From NCBI GenBank assembly GCA_029261065.1, contig JAJDCB010000012.1, positions 77,430 through 141,429 on the forward strand: a stretch of 64,000 nt of DNA, written 5' to 3'. Positions 19,577 through 29,980 of this stretch are shown piece by piece. A model generated the notes under the pieces. The model searched no databases, was not told the origin of the DNA, and was given only the letters and a program-made list of their open reading frames with translations. The position numbers were made by a program, and so were the translations under genes. The stretch is from Candidatus Omnitrophota bacterium. Lineage in GTDB: Bacteria; Omnitrophota; Gorgyraeia; Zapsychrales; Zapsychraceae. Position 1 is the stretch's first letter. The number at the start of each line of letters is the position of its first letter.

Positions 19577-20427
19577 CCCTTTAATATCTGCGTCCCAATC
19601 CCTCGATTTGTAAAAAATTCTAATAGTAAAGCGTGTTGAATTCGCGCATCAACGATGTGAGTCTTTTTAACATTACCATTTAAGGCCTCAATACAGGAAT
19701 TGACTTTTGGAATCATACCGCCTTGAATGACATTAAGCTTAATAAGATTAGCCACCTCAGCAACCGTTAAGGTTGATATCAGAGATTCTGGATCCTCTGG
19801 ATTTCTTAAGACACCTTGGACATTTGTTAAAAGGACAAGTTTTTCTGCTTTTAGGGAATGAGAAATGGCGCTGGCCACCTCATCGGCATTGATGTTATGT
19901 GATTCTTTTTTCCCACATATGCCCATAGGAGAAACAACTGTAATGTGCCCCTTTTTTAAATGAGATTCTAGCGCTTTTTTATCAATATTGGTTATCGTTC
20001 CCACATAACCTAAATCTTTTGAAGCTTTACGTTTTTCTACATGAAGAATATTTTCATTACCCTTAAGACCTGTAACATCCCCTTTTAAAAATTTGATTTC
20101 TTTAACAATTCTTTGATTGAGTTTTGTCAATTCTTCAATAACTATTTTTAATGTCTTTTTATCCGTAACGCGAATGCCTTCATGAAATTCTGGTGTAAGT
20201 CCTTCTTTTTTGACGCGATTACTAATATGGGGTCCTCCCCCATGAACGAGAATGGTGCGAATACCTACAAAACTTAAAAAAACGATGTCTTCTAATACGT
20301 TTTTACGAATGGCATCATTATCGAGAATACTGCCTCCAAATTTGATGACAAAAACTTTACGGCGAAACGCATGAATGTAGGGAATCGCCTCAATTAGGAC
20401 GCTGGCTTTTTTGATGACTTGTTCCAT
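19573..20427 (-). CDS. argB: Acetylglutamate kinase
   Basis: 284 aa amino-acid kinase fold (VIKFGGS, VHGGGP motifs). Confidence 0.9.
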   Translation of the reverse strand: MEQVIKKASVLIEAIPYIHAFRRKVFVIKFGGSILDNDAIRKNVLEDIVFLSFVGIRTILVHGGGPHISNRVKKEGLTPEFHEGIRVTDKKTLKIVIEELTKLNQRIVKEIKFLKGDVTGLKGNENILHVEKRKASKDLGYVGTITNIDKKALESHLKKGHITVVSPMGICGKKESHNINADEVASAISHSLKAEKLVLLTNVQGVLRNPEDPESLISTLTVAEVANLIKLNVIQGGMIPKVNSCIEALNGNVKKTHIVDARIQHALLLEFFTNRGIGTQILKG

Positions 20428-21570
20428 TTAATTATATTCCCCGTTAATTTTTATATAATCATAGGATAAGTCTGAGGTAAATACTGTTGCATTCCCCTTG
20501 CCTAACCCCATACTCACATTAATTGTTATTTCTTTTTTCTTAAACGAACTAAACGAAATTTTTAAATTTTCTTCTTTGACTTGTGCTAATCCTAATGCAC
20601 CAACAGCCTGGGCCACGCGTCCCCAATTCGGGTTGCTCCCAAAAGCGGCTGTCTTGACTAACATGGAATTAGCAATGGCTAAGCCTATCGTTTTTGCTTG
20701 TTTGGCTGATTTGGCTTGAGTAATTTGAATATCGATAAATTTGGTTGCCCCTTCTGCATCAAGGATAATTTTTTTGGCTAAATCAAGACAGGCGTGGTTA
20801 AGTGCTATTTGAAATTTCTTAAAATCTGAACCTTCCGTTGAAATTTTTTTATTCTTAGCGCATCCATTGGCCATTATAACAACAGTATCATTAGTGCTCA
20901 TACAGCCATCGATTGTTATGCTGTTAAATGATTGATCAACGGCAACTTTTAAGGCCAGTTTTAATAATCGTGGTTGGATGTTGGCATCGGTTGTGATCAT
21001 TCCAAGCATCGTAGCCATATTGGGGGCGACCATACCAGAGCCTTTAGCGCATCCTGCAATGGCTACTTTCTTACCACCTAAGATTAATTCAACCGCTATT
21101 TGTTTCTCAACGGTATCTGTAGTCATTATTGCTTTTGCAGCTTTTGACGCACCATCAATGGACAAACTTTTGGATAATTTTGGAATCGCTTTTTTAATTT
21201 TTTTATAGGGCAAAGCTTTTCCGATAATACCGGTAGATAAAACAAAGACATCGTTTGGTTTTATAGCCAAATGTTGAGCCACACTTTTCGCTGTTTCTTG
21301 AGCATAAAGAATACCAAATTTTCCAGTAAAACAATTAGCATTACCACTGTTGGTAACGATTGCCTGAATGTTACCATTTCGAATGTTTTTTTGGCTGACT
21401 AGAAGTGGGGCTGCTTTAATCGAATTCTTGGTAAACACAGCAGCTCCAATGGCTGGTGTTTTACTGAAAATTAATGATAAATCAAGTTTGCCTGATCGTT
21501 TGATACCGCTGGCAATCCCGTTAGCTAGAAACCCTTTTGGCTGTGTCACTCCTGATTGTAGTACTTTCAT
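20428..21570 (-). CDS. argJ: Bifunctional glutamate N-acetyltransferase / ornithine acetyltransferase
   Basis: 380 aa with the ATML autoproteolytic motif (PNMATMLGMITTDA). Confidence 0.9.
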   Translation of the reverse strand: MKVLQSGVTQPKGFLANGIASGIKRSGKLDLSLIFSKTPAIGAAVFTKNSIKAAPLLVSQKNIRNGNIQAIVTNSGNANCFTGKFGILYAQETAKSVAQHLAIKPNDVFVLSTGIIGKALPYKKIKKAIPKLSKSLSIDGASKAAKAIMTTDTVEKQIAVELILGGKKVAIAGCAKGSGMVAPNMATMLGMITTDANIQPRLLKLALKVAVDQSFNSITIDGCMSTNDTVVIMANGCAKNKKISTEGSDFKKFQIALNHACLDLAKKIILDAEGATKFIDIQITQAKSAKQAKTIGLAIANSMLVKTAAFGSNPNWGRVAQAVGALGLAQVKEENLKISFSSFKKKEITINVSMGLGKGNATVFTSDLSYDYIKINGEYN

Positions 21571-22586
21571 AATAGGCTTTCTGTTTCCTTAAAGTTATTC
21601 ATGATATTCATGTTTTGTACAGCTTGTCCAGCGGCCCCTTTGACAAGATTGTCAATGACTGAGGTCAAAACGAGAAGATTTTTCTCTTCATTAGCCGCTA
21701 ATCCAATATCACAGAAATTTGTATGTTGAACATTTTTAAGTTCGGGTTGATTGGATAATGGTAGTATCCGAACAAAAGGTTCTGTTTTATAAAATCGTTT
21801 ATAGATTTGATGTATGTCTTTAAGTTTGATTGTTTTGTTGCACCGAATGTAAATCGTTTCTAATATGCCTCGATTGATGGGTAATAAGTGAGGCACAAAT
21901 TCAATCTTTTTTAATTTTGAAGCAACTTTAGATAGATAAAGATCAATTTCTGGTGCGTGTTGATGTTTTAAGACTTTATAGGCTTTAAAGTTTTCATTAA
22001 GCTCTCCAAATAAAAGCTGAGTGCTTGCTTTTCGTCCAGCACCAGAGACGCCCGATTTGGCATCGATAGTGATCGATGAGATCAGTTGAGAATTTGTTGT
22101 TGCTAGCGGCAATAAACCTATAAGAGCTGCTGTTGGGTAACATCCAGGATTGGCAATCAAATTGGATTTTTTGATCTCTTCTCTATATAGTTCGGGTAAT
22201 CCGTAGGTTGCTTTTTTAAGGTTTGATAAATCTTGATGAGTGGTTTTATACCACTTTTTATATAGTGAGGATGTCTTTAAACGGTAGTCACCGCTTAGAT
22301 CAATGACGCGAAGGCCAGCTTTAAGGAGTTTGGGTGTAATTTTCATAGAAATTGTGTGAGGAACAGCCAAAAAAATAAGATCACACAGCTTTTTAGCTTT
22401 TTCAATATCGAAGCGTTGACAATTAAGGCGTGTTCGTCCGGCAAATTGGGGCCAAATATCTTCAATTTTGCCATGTGAATTATTCGCACTTACATACGTG
22501 ACGCGTGCTTGAGAATGCTTTAGAAGCAATTCAAGGACTTCTTTGCCTGAATATCCACTAACGCCAACTATTCCTACGTTAATCAT
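21567..22586 (-). CDS. argC: N-acetyl-gamma-glutamyl-phosphate reductase
   Basis: 339 aa. GVSGYSG NAD motif, catalytic Cys in PGCYPTA. Confidence 0.9.
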   Translation of the reverse strand: MINVGIVGVSGYSGKEVLELLLKHSQARVTYVSANNSHGKIEDIWPQFAGRTRLNCQRFDIEKAKKLCDLIFLAVPHTISMKITPKLLKAGLRVIDLSGDYRLKTSSLYKKWYKTTHQDLSNLKKATYGLPELYREEIKKSNLIANPGCYPTAALIGLLPLATTNSQLISSITIDAKSGVSGAGRKASTQLLFGELNENFKAYKVLKHQHAPEIDLYLSKVASKLKKIEFVPHLLPINRGILETIYIRCNKTIKLKDIHQIYKRFYKTEPFVRILPLSNQPELKNVQHTNFCDIGLAANEEKNLLVLTSVIDNLVKGAAGQAVQNMNIMNNFKETESLL

Positions 22587-22640
22587 GTTATTTCTCCAGC
22601 AATCGTGTAACTGTATTATTGTGAATTGTTTATAATAAAA

Positions 22641-22688
22641 TAAAAAACCTATCTCGTCAACTCATTTGGTCTCGGGAGATAGGTTTTT
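22641..22688. terminator. Bidirectional rho-independent terminator downstream of rpsI
   Basis: aaaaaa-cctatctc-loop-gagatagg-tttttt: an 8-bp GC-containing stem with an A-run on one side and a T-run on the other. Confidence 0.7.
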
Positions 22689-22716
22689 TGAAAATATTTT
22701 GATAAATCTTAAAAGG

Positions 22717-23112
22717 TTATCTTTTAACCCATTGAAACTTCTTACGCGCTCCCTTTTGTCCAGGCTTCTGCCTTTCTTTCATCCTTGGATCGCGCCTTAA
22801 AAGTAAGGCTTTCTTTAAAACGGGTTTGTTTCCTTGTTCGTATTTAACTAAAGCACGAGCTAGTCCTAATCGAAGCGCTCCTGCTTGTCCTGTGTTACCA
22901 CCACCTGTGACACGAACAGTAACATCGAAATTTTTATCAGCATTGGTCAATTGAAGAGGTTCCATAATTGTAATTTGGTGAATTTCACTAGGAAAATAGT
23001 TTATTAAGTCGCGTTTATTAACACGTATTTTACCTGTTCCAGGAGAAATAGTAACTCGTGCAACTGAACTTTTTCGTCGACCTGTAGCAGCATATTTAAC
23101 AATTTCAACCAT
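22717..23112 (-). CDS. rpsI: 30S ribosomal protein S9
   Basis: 131 aa. C-terminal GQKGARKKFQWVKR, typical of S9. Confidence 0.95.
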   Translation of the reverse strand: MVEIVKYAATGRRKSSVARVTISPGTGKIRVNKRDLINYFPSEIHQITIMEPLQLTNADKNFDVTVRVTGGGNTGQAGALRLGLARALVKYEQGNKPVLKKALLLRRDPRMKERQKPGQKGARKKFQWVKR

Positions 23113-23129
23113 TCTTGATAAACTCCTTA

Positions 23130-23573
23130 TTAAACCTCAAGCGCGATTGGTTTTTGCGCTTGGTGAGGATGTTTGTCCCCAGCATAAATTTTTAATTTTG
23201 TTTTAACTTTGTTTCCAAGAGGACCACTTGGAATCATACGATTAACAGCTAACCGTAACACTTGTGTTGGTGCTTTTTTTAACATGACTTCTAATTTCAT
23301 TGTCCGTTGCCCTGACGGGTAACCAGAATAGCGATGGTATTCTTTTTTTTGAAGCTTTCGTCCTGTGACTCTGATTTTTTCGGCATTAATGATGATCACT
23401 TGATCGCCGGTATCGACATGAGGTGTAAAAATAGCTTTATGTTTTCCACGCAAAATGATAGCGGCTTTCGCGGCAACCTTACCTAAAATCTTGCCCTCAG
23501 CATCAATAACATATGTTTTTCGTTCAACTTCATTGGCCTTAGCCATGAATGATCTTTGTAGTTTTCTTTCCAT
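23130..23573 (-). CDS. rplM: 50S ribosomal protein L13
   Basis: 147 aa. Conserved L13 region (GKVAAKAAIILRGKHK), upstream of rpsI. Confidence 0.95.
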   Translation of the reverse strand: MERKLQRSFMAKANEVERKTYVIDAEGKILGKVAAKAAIILRGKHKAIFTPHVDTGDQVIIINAEKIRVTGRKLQKKEYHRYSGYPSGQRTMKLEVMLKKAPTQVLRLAVNRMIPSGPLGNKVKTKLKIYAGDKHPHQAQKPIALEV

Positions 23574-23734
23574 CGTTTTTCCCTAACTAAGTGTATTTAT
23601 GAGATGTTACATAGAACTGTAACGAATCAAAAGTATATCAGCTTCTTCTTGGATGTCAATAGTTTATTTGGGATATTGGAGCCTGGGCAATGATATGCTA
23701 TTTAGCCCTTTTGGGAGTATTTTGTCCTAACATA

Positions 23735-24484
23735 TTAATACGCAACACTTTTCAACATCAAGCCGTGTGCCTTAGCGGTAATGCCAGCGGCTGTCCTGTT
23801 CTTTTGAGATAAAATCATCTTAATACTACTTTTAGGGAGTTGTTCATTTCCCACCTCAATAAGCGTTCCAACAATGTTTCTGACCATTTTATAAAGGAAA
23901 CCATTAGCTTCTATTTCAATGATAATGATGTCGTTTTTTTTAGAAATTGTTAATTTTTTGATAGTCCTAACGGTATCGCGCTTTTGGCCTCGCTTTGCTG
24001 GATCCGTTGCCTGGAAAGATTTGAAATCGTGGCGCCCTAAAAAGGCCTTTGCCTCTTCTCTCATTTTTTGTAAGCTGAGTTTATAGGGATACCAAAAACA
24101 AAAATGTCTTCTTTGCGCAGGTCGAATTTTTTGGTTGGAGATAGTATATTGATATGTTTTTGATTTGGCGCTATATTGGGCGTGAAATTCTTCTGAAACT
24201 TCCTCGATGGCGATTATCGAAACATCATCTTTGAGATTTGCATTTAAAGCTTTTTGTAATTCAGATATGGCTATCCGTGAAGATGTTTTAAAGTTGGCCA
24301 CTTGAGCGAGGGCATGGACACCACTATCTGTACGACCAGATCCTGTAAGAGACACTTTTTCTTTTAAGATTTTTTTTAAGGCTTTTGAAATGTCACCTTG
24401 GACGGTGCGTTGATTTTGAGCTTGAATCTGCCAACCTTTGAAATGTGTTCCATCATATTCAATTGTGAGTTTAATATTTCTCAT
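23735..24484 (-). CDS. truA: tRNA pseudouridine(38-40) synthase
   Basis: 249 aa. IEYDGT-F-GWQ start, GRTDSGVHA catalytic Asp motif. Confidence 0.9.
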   Translation of the reverse strand: MRNIKLTIEYDGTHFKGWQIQAQNQRTVQGDISKALKKILKEKVSLTGSGRTDSGVHALAQVANFKTSSRIAISELQKALNANLKDDVSIIAIEEVSEEFHAQYSAKSKTYQYTISNQKIRPAQRRHFCFWYPYKLSLQKMREEAKAFLGRHDFKSFQATDPAKRGQKRDTVRTIKKLTISKKNDIIIIEIEANGFLYKMVRNIVGTLIEVGNEQLPKSSIKMILSQKNRTAAGITAKAHGLMLKSVAY

Positions 24485-24513
24485 GGTTGGCGTGGAGAGT
24501 TTTAAGGAGAGGA

Positions 24514-25506
24514 TTAATCTTCAATTAGCTTTTCAGCAATTTGAATAGCATTTAAGGCCGCCCCTTTACGAAGATTGTCAGAAACAATCCATAAGTTAAG
24601 GCCGTTGGTGATAGATTCATCTTCACGAATCCGTCCTACGTAAGTATCATCTTTACCTGTGGCGTCTAAGGGGCAGGGATATTTATTATTGTTTAAATCA
24701 TCGATGACTGTCACCCCTGGCGCTTGAGAGAGAAGTTCAAGGGCTTCTTCGCGTGTAATTTTTAGAGCGGTTTCAATGTTGACCGATTCGCTGTGAGCAC
24801 GAAGGACAGGGACGCGCACACATGTGGCCGAAACGCCAATCTTTTCATCGTGCAGAATTTTCTGAGTTTCTTGAACCATTTTCATCTCTTCTTTGGTATA
24901 TAAATTAGGTTGGGGCACATCGATTTGAGGAATCATGTTGCGAAAAATTTGATATGGAAAAGCGTTAACCGTCAAATCCCCTTTTTCTTGATTCTCTAAT
25001 TCTTTTATTGCCGCTCCCCCCGCTCCTGAGACAGATTGATAAGTAGAAACAACAATCCGCTTGATTCTAGAGAAATCATACAAAGGTTTTAGAGCTACTA
25101 TCATTTGAATGGTTGAACAGTTTGGATTGGCGATAATGCCTTTGTGTTTTTTGATATCTTCCGGATTGACTTCAGGGATAACTAAAGGAACATCTTTGTC
25201 CATACGAAATTGACTGGTGTTATCAATAACAACGCAGCCTTGTTGAACAGCCAGTGGTGCAAAGATTTTACTAACAGCCGCACCTGGTGAAAATAATCCA
25301 ATTTGCACACCTTTAAATTTTTCTAAAGCATTCTCTTCTGTCAATTTTTCATATAACAATCCATCAATTTCTTTTTCATCTACATCAAGACTAGTAGAAA
25401 ATAAACGTAATTGATCGACAGGAAAGTTTCGTTCTTTTAATATTTGAAGCATCTCTTGGCCGACCGCGCCGCGGACACCTACTATAGCTACATTATATTT
25501 TGTCAT
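24514..25506 (-). CDS. asd: Aspartate-semialdehyde dehydrogenase
   Basis: 330 aa. VAIVGVRGAVG NAD motif, catalytic NPNCSTI Cys motif. Confidence 0.9.
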   Translation of the reverse strand: MTKYNVAIVGVRGAVGQEMLQILKERNFPVDQLRLFSTSLDVDEKEIDGLLYEKLTEENALEKFKGVQIGLFSPGAAVSKIFAPLAVQQGCVVIDNTSQFRMDKDVPLVIPEVNPEDIKKHKGIIANPNCSTIQMIVALKPLYDFSRIKRIVVSTYQSVSGAGGAAIKELENQEKGDLTVNAFPYQIFRNMIPQIDVPQPNLYTKEEMKMVQETQKILHDEKIGVSATCVRVPVLRAHSESVNIETALKITREEALELLSQAPGVTVIDDLNNNKYPCPLDATGKDDTYVGRIREDESITNGLNLWIVSDNLRKGAALNAIQIAEKLIED

Positions 25507-25525
25507 AATTGATTACCTCGTATTT

Positions 25526-25994
25526 AGTGGTAGAGTGCTAGAGTGATAAAGTGATAGTTAGGTTCTTATGTTTTTTATTAATCCGTTTAACATCATTCCA
25601 ACTTCGTTGGAATGTTCGTATAAAGAAGTACAGTTTTCTTCTGATAAATAATGAAGATCTTTGCTTAATAAAAGGTGGTATTTTGTTTCTTCCAATGATC
25701 CTTGGGCAATATTTAAGAATCGAAGAAAATCTTTTGTTGAGTTTTTGTATCCTTCAACAATATTAGCACATACCGAAATCGATGATCTTCTGATCTGACT
25801 CGTCAAACCAAATCGTTCATCGCTAGGAAAATATTTTGTCATTCGATAAATCTCAAGCACAAGCGCATGTCCTTTCTCCCAAACCAATAAATCCTCAAAT
25901 GTTCTAATTCTCATGTATTTTCTCCATTTTTACCGGGGAAGTAGTCGTCGGGATTTTTCTTAATTATTATCACTTTATCACTTTACCACTAATT
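25526..25994. mobile_element. Family B terminal-inverted-repeat element carrying a single ORF
   Basis: The left end gtggtagagtgctagagtgataaagtgata and the right end tatcactttatcactttaccac form inverted repeats. The same ends flank an ORF-less 145-bp element at 32272-32416. Confidence 0.6.
25558..25914 (-). CDS. Four-helix-bundle protein of the 23S rRNA intervening-sequence protein / Avd family (PF05635-like)
   Basis: 118 aa. DL-VW-K...IY..T..FP..E-FGLTSQ-RR-S-S...NI-EG...S-K-F--FL-IA-GS--E matches the family pattern. Confidence 0.7.
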   Translation of the reverse strand: MRIRTFEDLLVWEKGHALVLEIYRMTKYFPSDERFGLTSQIRRSSISVCANIVEGYKNSTKDFLRFLNIAQGSLEETKYHLLLSKDLHYLSEENCTSLYEHSNEVGMMLNGLIKNIRT

Positions 25995-27123
25995 AAATAT
26001 ATTCTAATACCATATCCCCAATCTCATTCGTTGAATATCCCATTTCGCCAACAAGCATCGATTTCATTTTTTTAATGGTTTCTTTGATTCCTACTTCAAT
26101 ATCATTGGCGGCTTGAGTTTCTCCTAAATGAGTCAACATCATTTGAGCTGTGATAATGGCAGCGATTGGATTAATTACATTTTTTCCAGCAAAGGCAGGT
26201 GCTGTTCCATGAACGGGTTCGAACATGCTTACCCCCTTTGGATTAATGTTTCCACTTGGAGCAACCCCCATCCCCCCTTGTGTGACAGCGGCGAGATCGG
26301 TAATGATGTCACCAAACATATTTCCAGTAACAATGACATCGTAACGTTCAGGGCTTTCAATCATATAAATACAACAAGCATCGACATGCACATAGTCAGG
26401 TGCAATATTAGGATAATCTTTGGCGACTTCATGAAAGATGCGATCCCAAAGGTCGAAGACATACGTTAGGACATTTGTTTTTCCGCATAACGTTAACTTG
26501 CCAATGTAGCCTTTTGATTTTTCTTCCTCTGATAACCCAGCCCAAGGTTGATCTTTATGTCGTTTTTGTGTGCATTCAAAAGCATAACGCAAACATCTCT
26601 CAACTTGTTCCCTGGAATAAACCATGGATTGAATTGCAACTTCGTTGGCCTCACCCTTATTTTGAAATTCACCAACGCCGGTATAAAGGCCACCGGTATT
26701 TTCGCGAACAACAATATAGTCGATATGTTTGGTTGTTTTATTTTTGATAGGTGTTTCTACGTTTTCATAAAGTTTTACAGGGCGTAAATTGATGTAGAGA
26801 TCTAAATCAAATCGTAATTTTAAAAGAATCCCTTTTTCAAGGATTCCTGGTTTGACATCAGGATGACCAATACCTCCAAGATAAATAGCATCAAAATTTT
26901 TAAGCGTATTGACCTCTTCATCAGATAAGATTTCGCCCGTTTTTAGATAGCGCTCGCCTCCAAAAGGAAATTCGGTAGTCTCAATTTTAAATTGATGTTT
27001 TTGGCTTGAGGCTGCTAAGACTTTTAATCCTTCATCTATAACTTCGCGACCAATGCCATCGCCTGGTATGACAGCTATTTTGTATGTATTCATAGAGTTA
27101 TCCTTCACGTGTGGTTTAAGCAC
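25993..27123 (-). CDS. Isocitrate/3-isopropylmalate/tartrate dehydrogenase family enzyme (LeuB-like)
   Basis: 376 aa. [13 protein letters not shown] start and [12 protein letters not shown] motif of the beta-decarboxylating dehydrogenase family. The substrate cannot be assigned. Confidence 0.7.
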   Translation of the reverse strand: MLKPHVKDNSMNTYKIAVIPGDGIGREVIDEGLKVLAASSQKHQFKIETTEFPFGGERYLKTGEILSDEEVNTLKNFDAIYLGGIGHPDVKPGILEKGILLKLRFDLDLYINLRPVKLYENVETPIKNKTTKHIDYIVVRENTGGLYTGVGEFQNKGEANEVAIQSMVYSREQVERCLRYAFECTQKRHKDQPWAGLSEEEKSKGYIGKLTLCGKTNVLTYVFDLWDRIFHEVAKDYPNIAPDYVHVDACCIYMIESPERYDVIVTGNMFGDIITDLAAVTQGGMGVAPSGNINPKGVSMFEPVHGTAPAFAGKNVINPIAAIITAQMMLTHLGETQAANDIEVGIKETIKKMKSMLVGEMGYSTNEIGDMVLEYI

Positions 27124-27146
27124 GCGTTATATTTTGTATTTAGGGT

Positions 27147-28388
27147 TTATTCCTGAAATTTCTTAACCAGTATACTAGCATTATGACCGCCAAATCCCAA
27201 GGAATTTGATAAAGCGGCGGTGACTTCTAGTTTTCTGGCTTCGTTGGGAATGTAATCAAGATCGCAGTCAGGATCTGGTGTTTCGAGGTTGATTGTAGGT
27301 GGGACAACGCCTTCTAGAATAGCATTGACACAAACAGCAAATTCAACACCTCCCGCGGCACCTAGCAGATGTCCGGTCATGGATTTTGTTGAACTGATAG
27401 GTACTTTCTTTGCGATCTCTCCAAAGACATTTTTTATGGCTAAGGACTCCACTTTGTCATTCAATTTTGTTGATGTTCCATGGGCATTGATGTAAGAGAT
27501 ATCGTTGATGGTTAAACCGGCATCTTTAATAGCGATGTTCATGGCTCGTGATGCGCCTGCCCCTGAGGATTCAGGTGCTGTAATATGGAAGGCATCGGAT
27601 GTGCGACCATATCCTCCCACTTCAGCAAGGATCGTAGCCCCTCTTTGTTTGGCGTGATCCAAAGATTCTAGAATAGCGACACCTGCTCCTTCTGCCATAA
27701 CAAATCCATCTCGATTTAAATCAAAAGGACGTGATGCTTTTTCAGGTTCGTCGTTTCTTTTACTCAATGCTTTAAGCGCACAAAATCCGCCAAGGCCTAA
27801 TAATGTTGTAGCACTCTCTGTTCCACCCGCAATCATGATATCCGCATCACCATATTGAATGAAACGCATAGCATCCCCAATGGCATTGGTAGCTGTTGAA
27901 CAAGCTGTTGCTATGCACGTGGCTGGGCCTTGTGCGCCGGTATCAATGGATACTTGTCCGGCGGCTTCATTAATGATTATTTTTGGAATAAAATGAGGGC
28001 TGATGCGGCTTGGACCGCGATCTAAATATTTTTTAAACTCAGCTTCAATAGTTTCGATACTTCCTATGCCTGATCCTATCAAAACACCCATACGTTCTAA
28101 ATTAATCTGAGATAAGTCGAGTTTGGAGTGAGCTACGGCTTCTTTGCTTGCGACAGAAGCAAATTGCACAAAGCGTGCGAGATTACGCGCTTCTTTGGTG
28201 GAGAAATATTTAAGAGGATCGTAGTCAGAGACTTCACCTGCAATCTGAGAATTAAATTCGGAAGGATCAAAAGCCGTAATTCTCCTGATTCCACTTTTTC
28301 CAGCCAAAAGGGCTTTATTAAAATTGGCATTACCTGTACCTACAGGTGAAATAACTCCTAAACCAGTTACAACGACACGTTTTTTTGA
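27147..28388 (-). CDS. fabF: 3-oxoacyl-ACP synthase II
   Basis: KRVVVTGLG start, active-site Cys (ATACSTA), His-His (NAHGTST, GHLLGAAG). The start is set at the internal Met. Confidence 0.9.
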   Translation of the reverse strand, partial: SKKRVVVTGLGVISPVGTGNANFNKALLAGKSGIRRITAFDPSEFNSQIAGEVSDYDPLKYFSTKEARNLARFVQFASVASKEAVAHSKLDLSQINLERMGVLIGSGIGSIETIEAEFKKYLDRGPSRISPHFIPKIIINEAAGQVSIDTGAQGPATCIATACSTATNAIGDAMRFIQYGDADIMIAGGTESATTLLGLGGFCALKALSKRNDEPEKASRPFDLNRDGFVMAEGAGVAILESLDHAKQRGATILAEVGGYGRTSDAFHITAPESSGAGASRAMNIAIKDAGLTINDISYINAHGTSTKLNDKVESLAIKNVFGEIAKKVPISSTKSMTGHLLGAAGGVEFAVCVNAILEGVVPPTINLETPDPDCDLDYIPNEARKLEVTAALSNSLGFGGHNASILVKKFQE

Positions 28389-28470
28389 CATGGGCTTACA
28401 AAGATAAGGCCCCGGCATTAAGCCGAGGCATGGTTAAAATTATCTATAAAGGTGACTAGAAATGAACAAT

Positions 28471-28710
28471 TTACTTTTTTGCTGTTTTTTCTTCGACGTA
28501 TTTAATGGCATCGCCAACAGAAGTCATCTTTTCAGCATCTTCATCTGGGATTTCGACGCTAAATTCTTCTTCCAAAGCCATAATAAGTTCCACGGTGTCC
28601 AATGAATCGGCACCAAGGTCATCGATAAAAGATGCATCAGGGACTACTTCGTCTGGTTTGACCCCCAGCTGCTCTGCGATGATTGATTTGATCTTTTCTT
28701 CGACTGCCAT
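28471..28710 (-). CDS. acpP: Acyl carrier protein
   Basis: 79 aa. [19 protein letters not shown] phosphopantetheine-attachment motif. Confidence 0.95.
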   Translation of the reverse strand: MAVEEKIKSIIAEQLGVKPDEVVPDASFIDDLGADSLDTVELIMALEEEFSVEIPDEDAEKMTSVGDAIKYVEEKTAKK

Positions 28711-28736
28711 TGATAAGCCTCCTTTAAAATGTTGAT

Positions 28737-29477
28737 TTAAATCGCCATACCACCATCTACGACGATTGTTTGACCAGTAATATAATTTGCTTCATCCGAA
28801 GCAAGAAATAAACAGACGTTTGCAACGTCTTTGGGTTTTCCTAATTGTCCTAAGGGAATTGATTTGAGAAGTTCTTCTTTAACGCTATCCTTTAATTCTG
28901 CTGTCATGTCTGTTTGAATGTATCCAGGCGCAACAGCATTAACGGTGATATGTCTGGAAGCAAGTTCTTTAGCGATAGATTTGGTAAAACCGATGATGCC
29001 AGCTTTTGTAGCGGCATAGTTCGCTTGACCTGCATTTCCTGTAATTCCAATGATCGATGAGATGTTTATGATCTTGCCTTTTTTTGCTTTAAGCATCATT
29101 TTGGCAACAATCTTTGAGCAATTAAAAACGCCTTTCAAATTGATGTTAATGACATCGTTCCAGTCACTTTCACTCATTCGAAGAAGCAAATTATCTTTCG
29201 TAATGCCCGCGTTGTTAATTAATATATCAACGCTCTTATATTTGTCAAGAACTTTGTTAGACATTTTTAGTACATCTTCAAGGTTTGTCACGTCGCAGCC
29301 TATACCTTCGGCTTTATAACCTTTTTCTTGAATTTCTTGCGCCACAGCAGCTGCTTGATCAGGATTTCGTCCTACAATAATTGCTACCGCTCCCTTTTCA
29401 GCAAAGCTAAAAGCAATTTCTTTTCCGATTCCGCGTGTTGATCCTGTAATAATAATAGTTTGATTTTCGAAGTTCAT
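28737..29477 (-). CDS. fabG: 3-oxoacyl-ACP reductase
   Basis: 246 aa [18 protein letters not shown], and the Y-x3-K catalytic pair (YAATKAG). Confidence 0.9.
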   Translation of the reverse strand: MNFENQTIIITGSTRGIGKEIAFSFAEKGAVAIIVGRNPDQAAAVAQEIQEKGYKAEGIGCDVTNLEDVLKMSNKVLDKYKSVDILINNAGITKDNLLLRMSESDWNDVININLKGVFNCSKIVAKMMLKAKKGKIINISSIIGITGNAGQANYAATKAGIIGFTKSIAKELASRHITVNAVAPGYIQTDMTAELKDSVKEELLKSIPLGQLGKPKDVANVCLFLASDEANYITGQTIVVDGGMAI

Positions 29478-29530
29478 ATGATTTCCCGTATGATAACAAT
29501 CCTTTGTTTATTTGCAAGTAAAATCATCAA

Positions 29531-29980
29531 TTAAATATCAATATCATCATATCCAGAGGATTGATTGGTATTATCTCTTTTGTTTTGATTAAAATCTACG
29601 TTCAGAGATTGACCGTTTTTGATCATTTTTTCAAAATGTGATTTTAAAAGGCGTTTAATAAGAGCTCTTGTTAGCGGGATAAGAAGGACAAAACCTATGG
29701 CATCTGTTACGAATCCAGGTGTAAGTAAGACTATTCCTCCAACTAAGATCATCAGGCCATCTAAAAGTTCTTCATTGGGCAGTAACCCCTTATTCATATC
29801 CTGTTGTATTTTATTGAGAACAAGAAACCCTTGCATGCGGGCTAAATAAGCTCCTGCCACTCCTGTGGCCACTATAAGAAGAAGTGTATTGCCTACACCA
29901 ATATGCCCACCTACCTTAATAAGGATGGTAAGTTCAACAGCTGGGACTATGGTAAATAATAAGAGTAAGTAGAAAAACAT
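29531..29980 (-). CDS. fxsA: FxsA family cytoplasmic membrane protein
   Basis: 149 aa. PAVELTILIKVGG ... LLTPGFVTDAIGFVLLIP pattern of FxsA. Confidence 0.7.
   Translation of the reverse strand: MFFYLLLLFTIVPAVELTILIKVGGHIGVGNTLLLIVATGVAGAYLARMQGFLVLNKIQQDMNKGLLPNEELLDGLMILVGGIVLLTPGFVTDAIGFVLLIPLTRALIKRLLKSHFEKMIKNGQSLNVDFNQNKRDNTNQSSGYDDIDI

Noticed and set aside
25526-25994. Diversity-generating retroelement, suggested by the Avd-family gene
   Set aside because: No reverse transcriptase ORF and no template/variable repeat pair anywhere in the window. The gene is instead bounded by MITE-like TIRs.
28389-28470. GC-rich hairpin (gcctcggc-ttaat-gccggggc on the minus strand) between acpP and fabF as a terminator
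   Set aside because: Not followed by a U-run. More likely an RNA processing or attenuation stem, or part of the fabF leader. Not reported as a feature.
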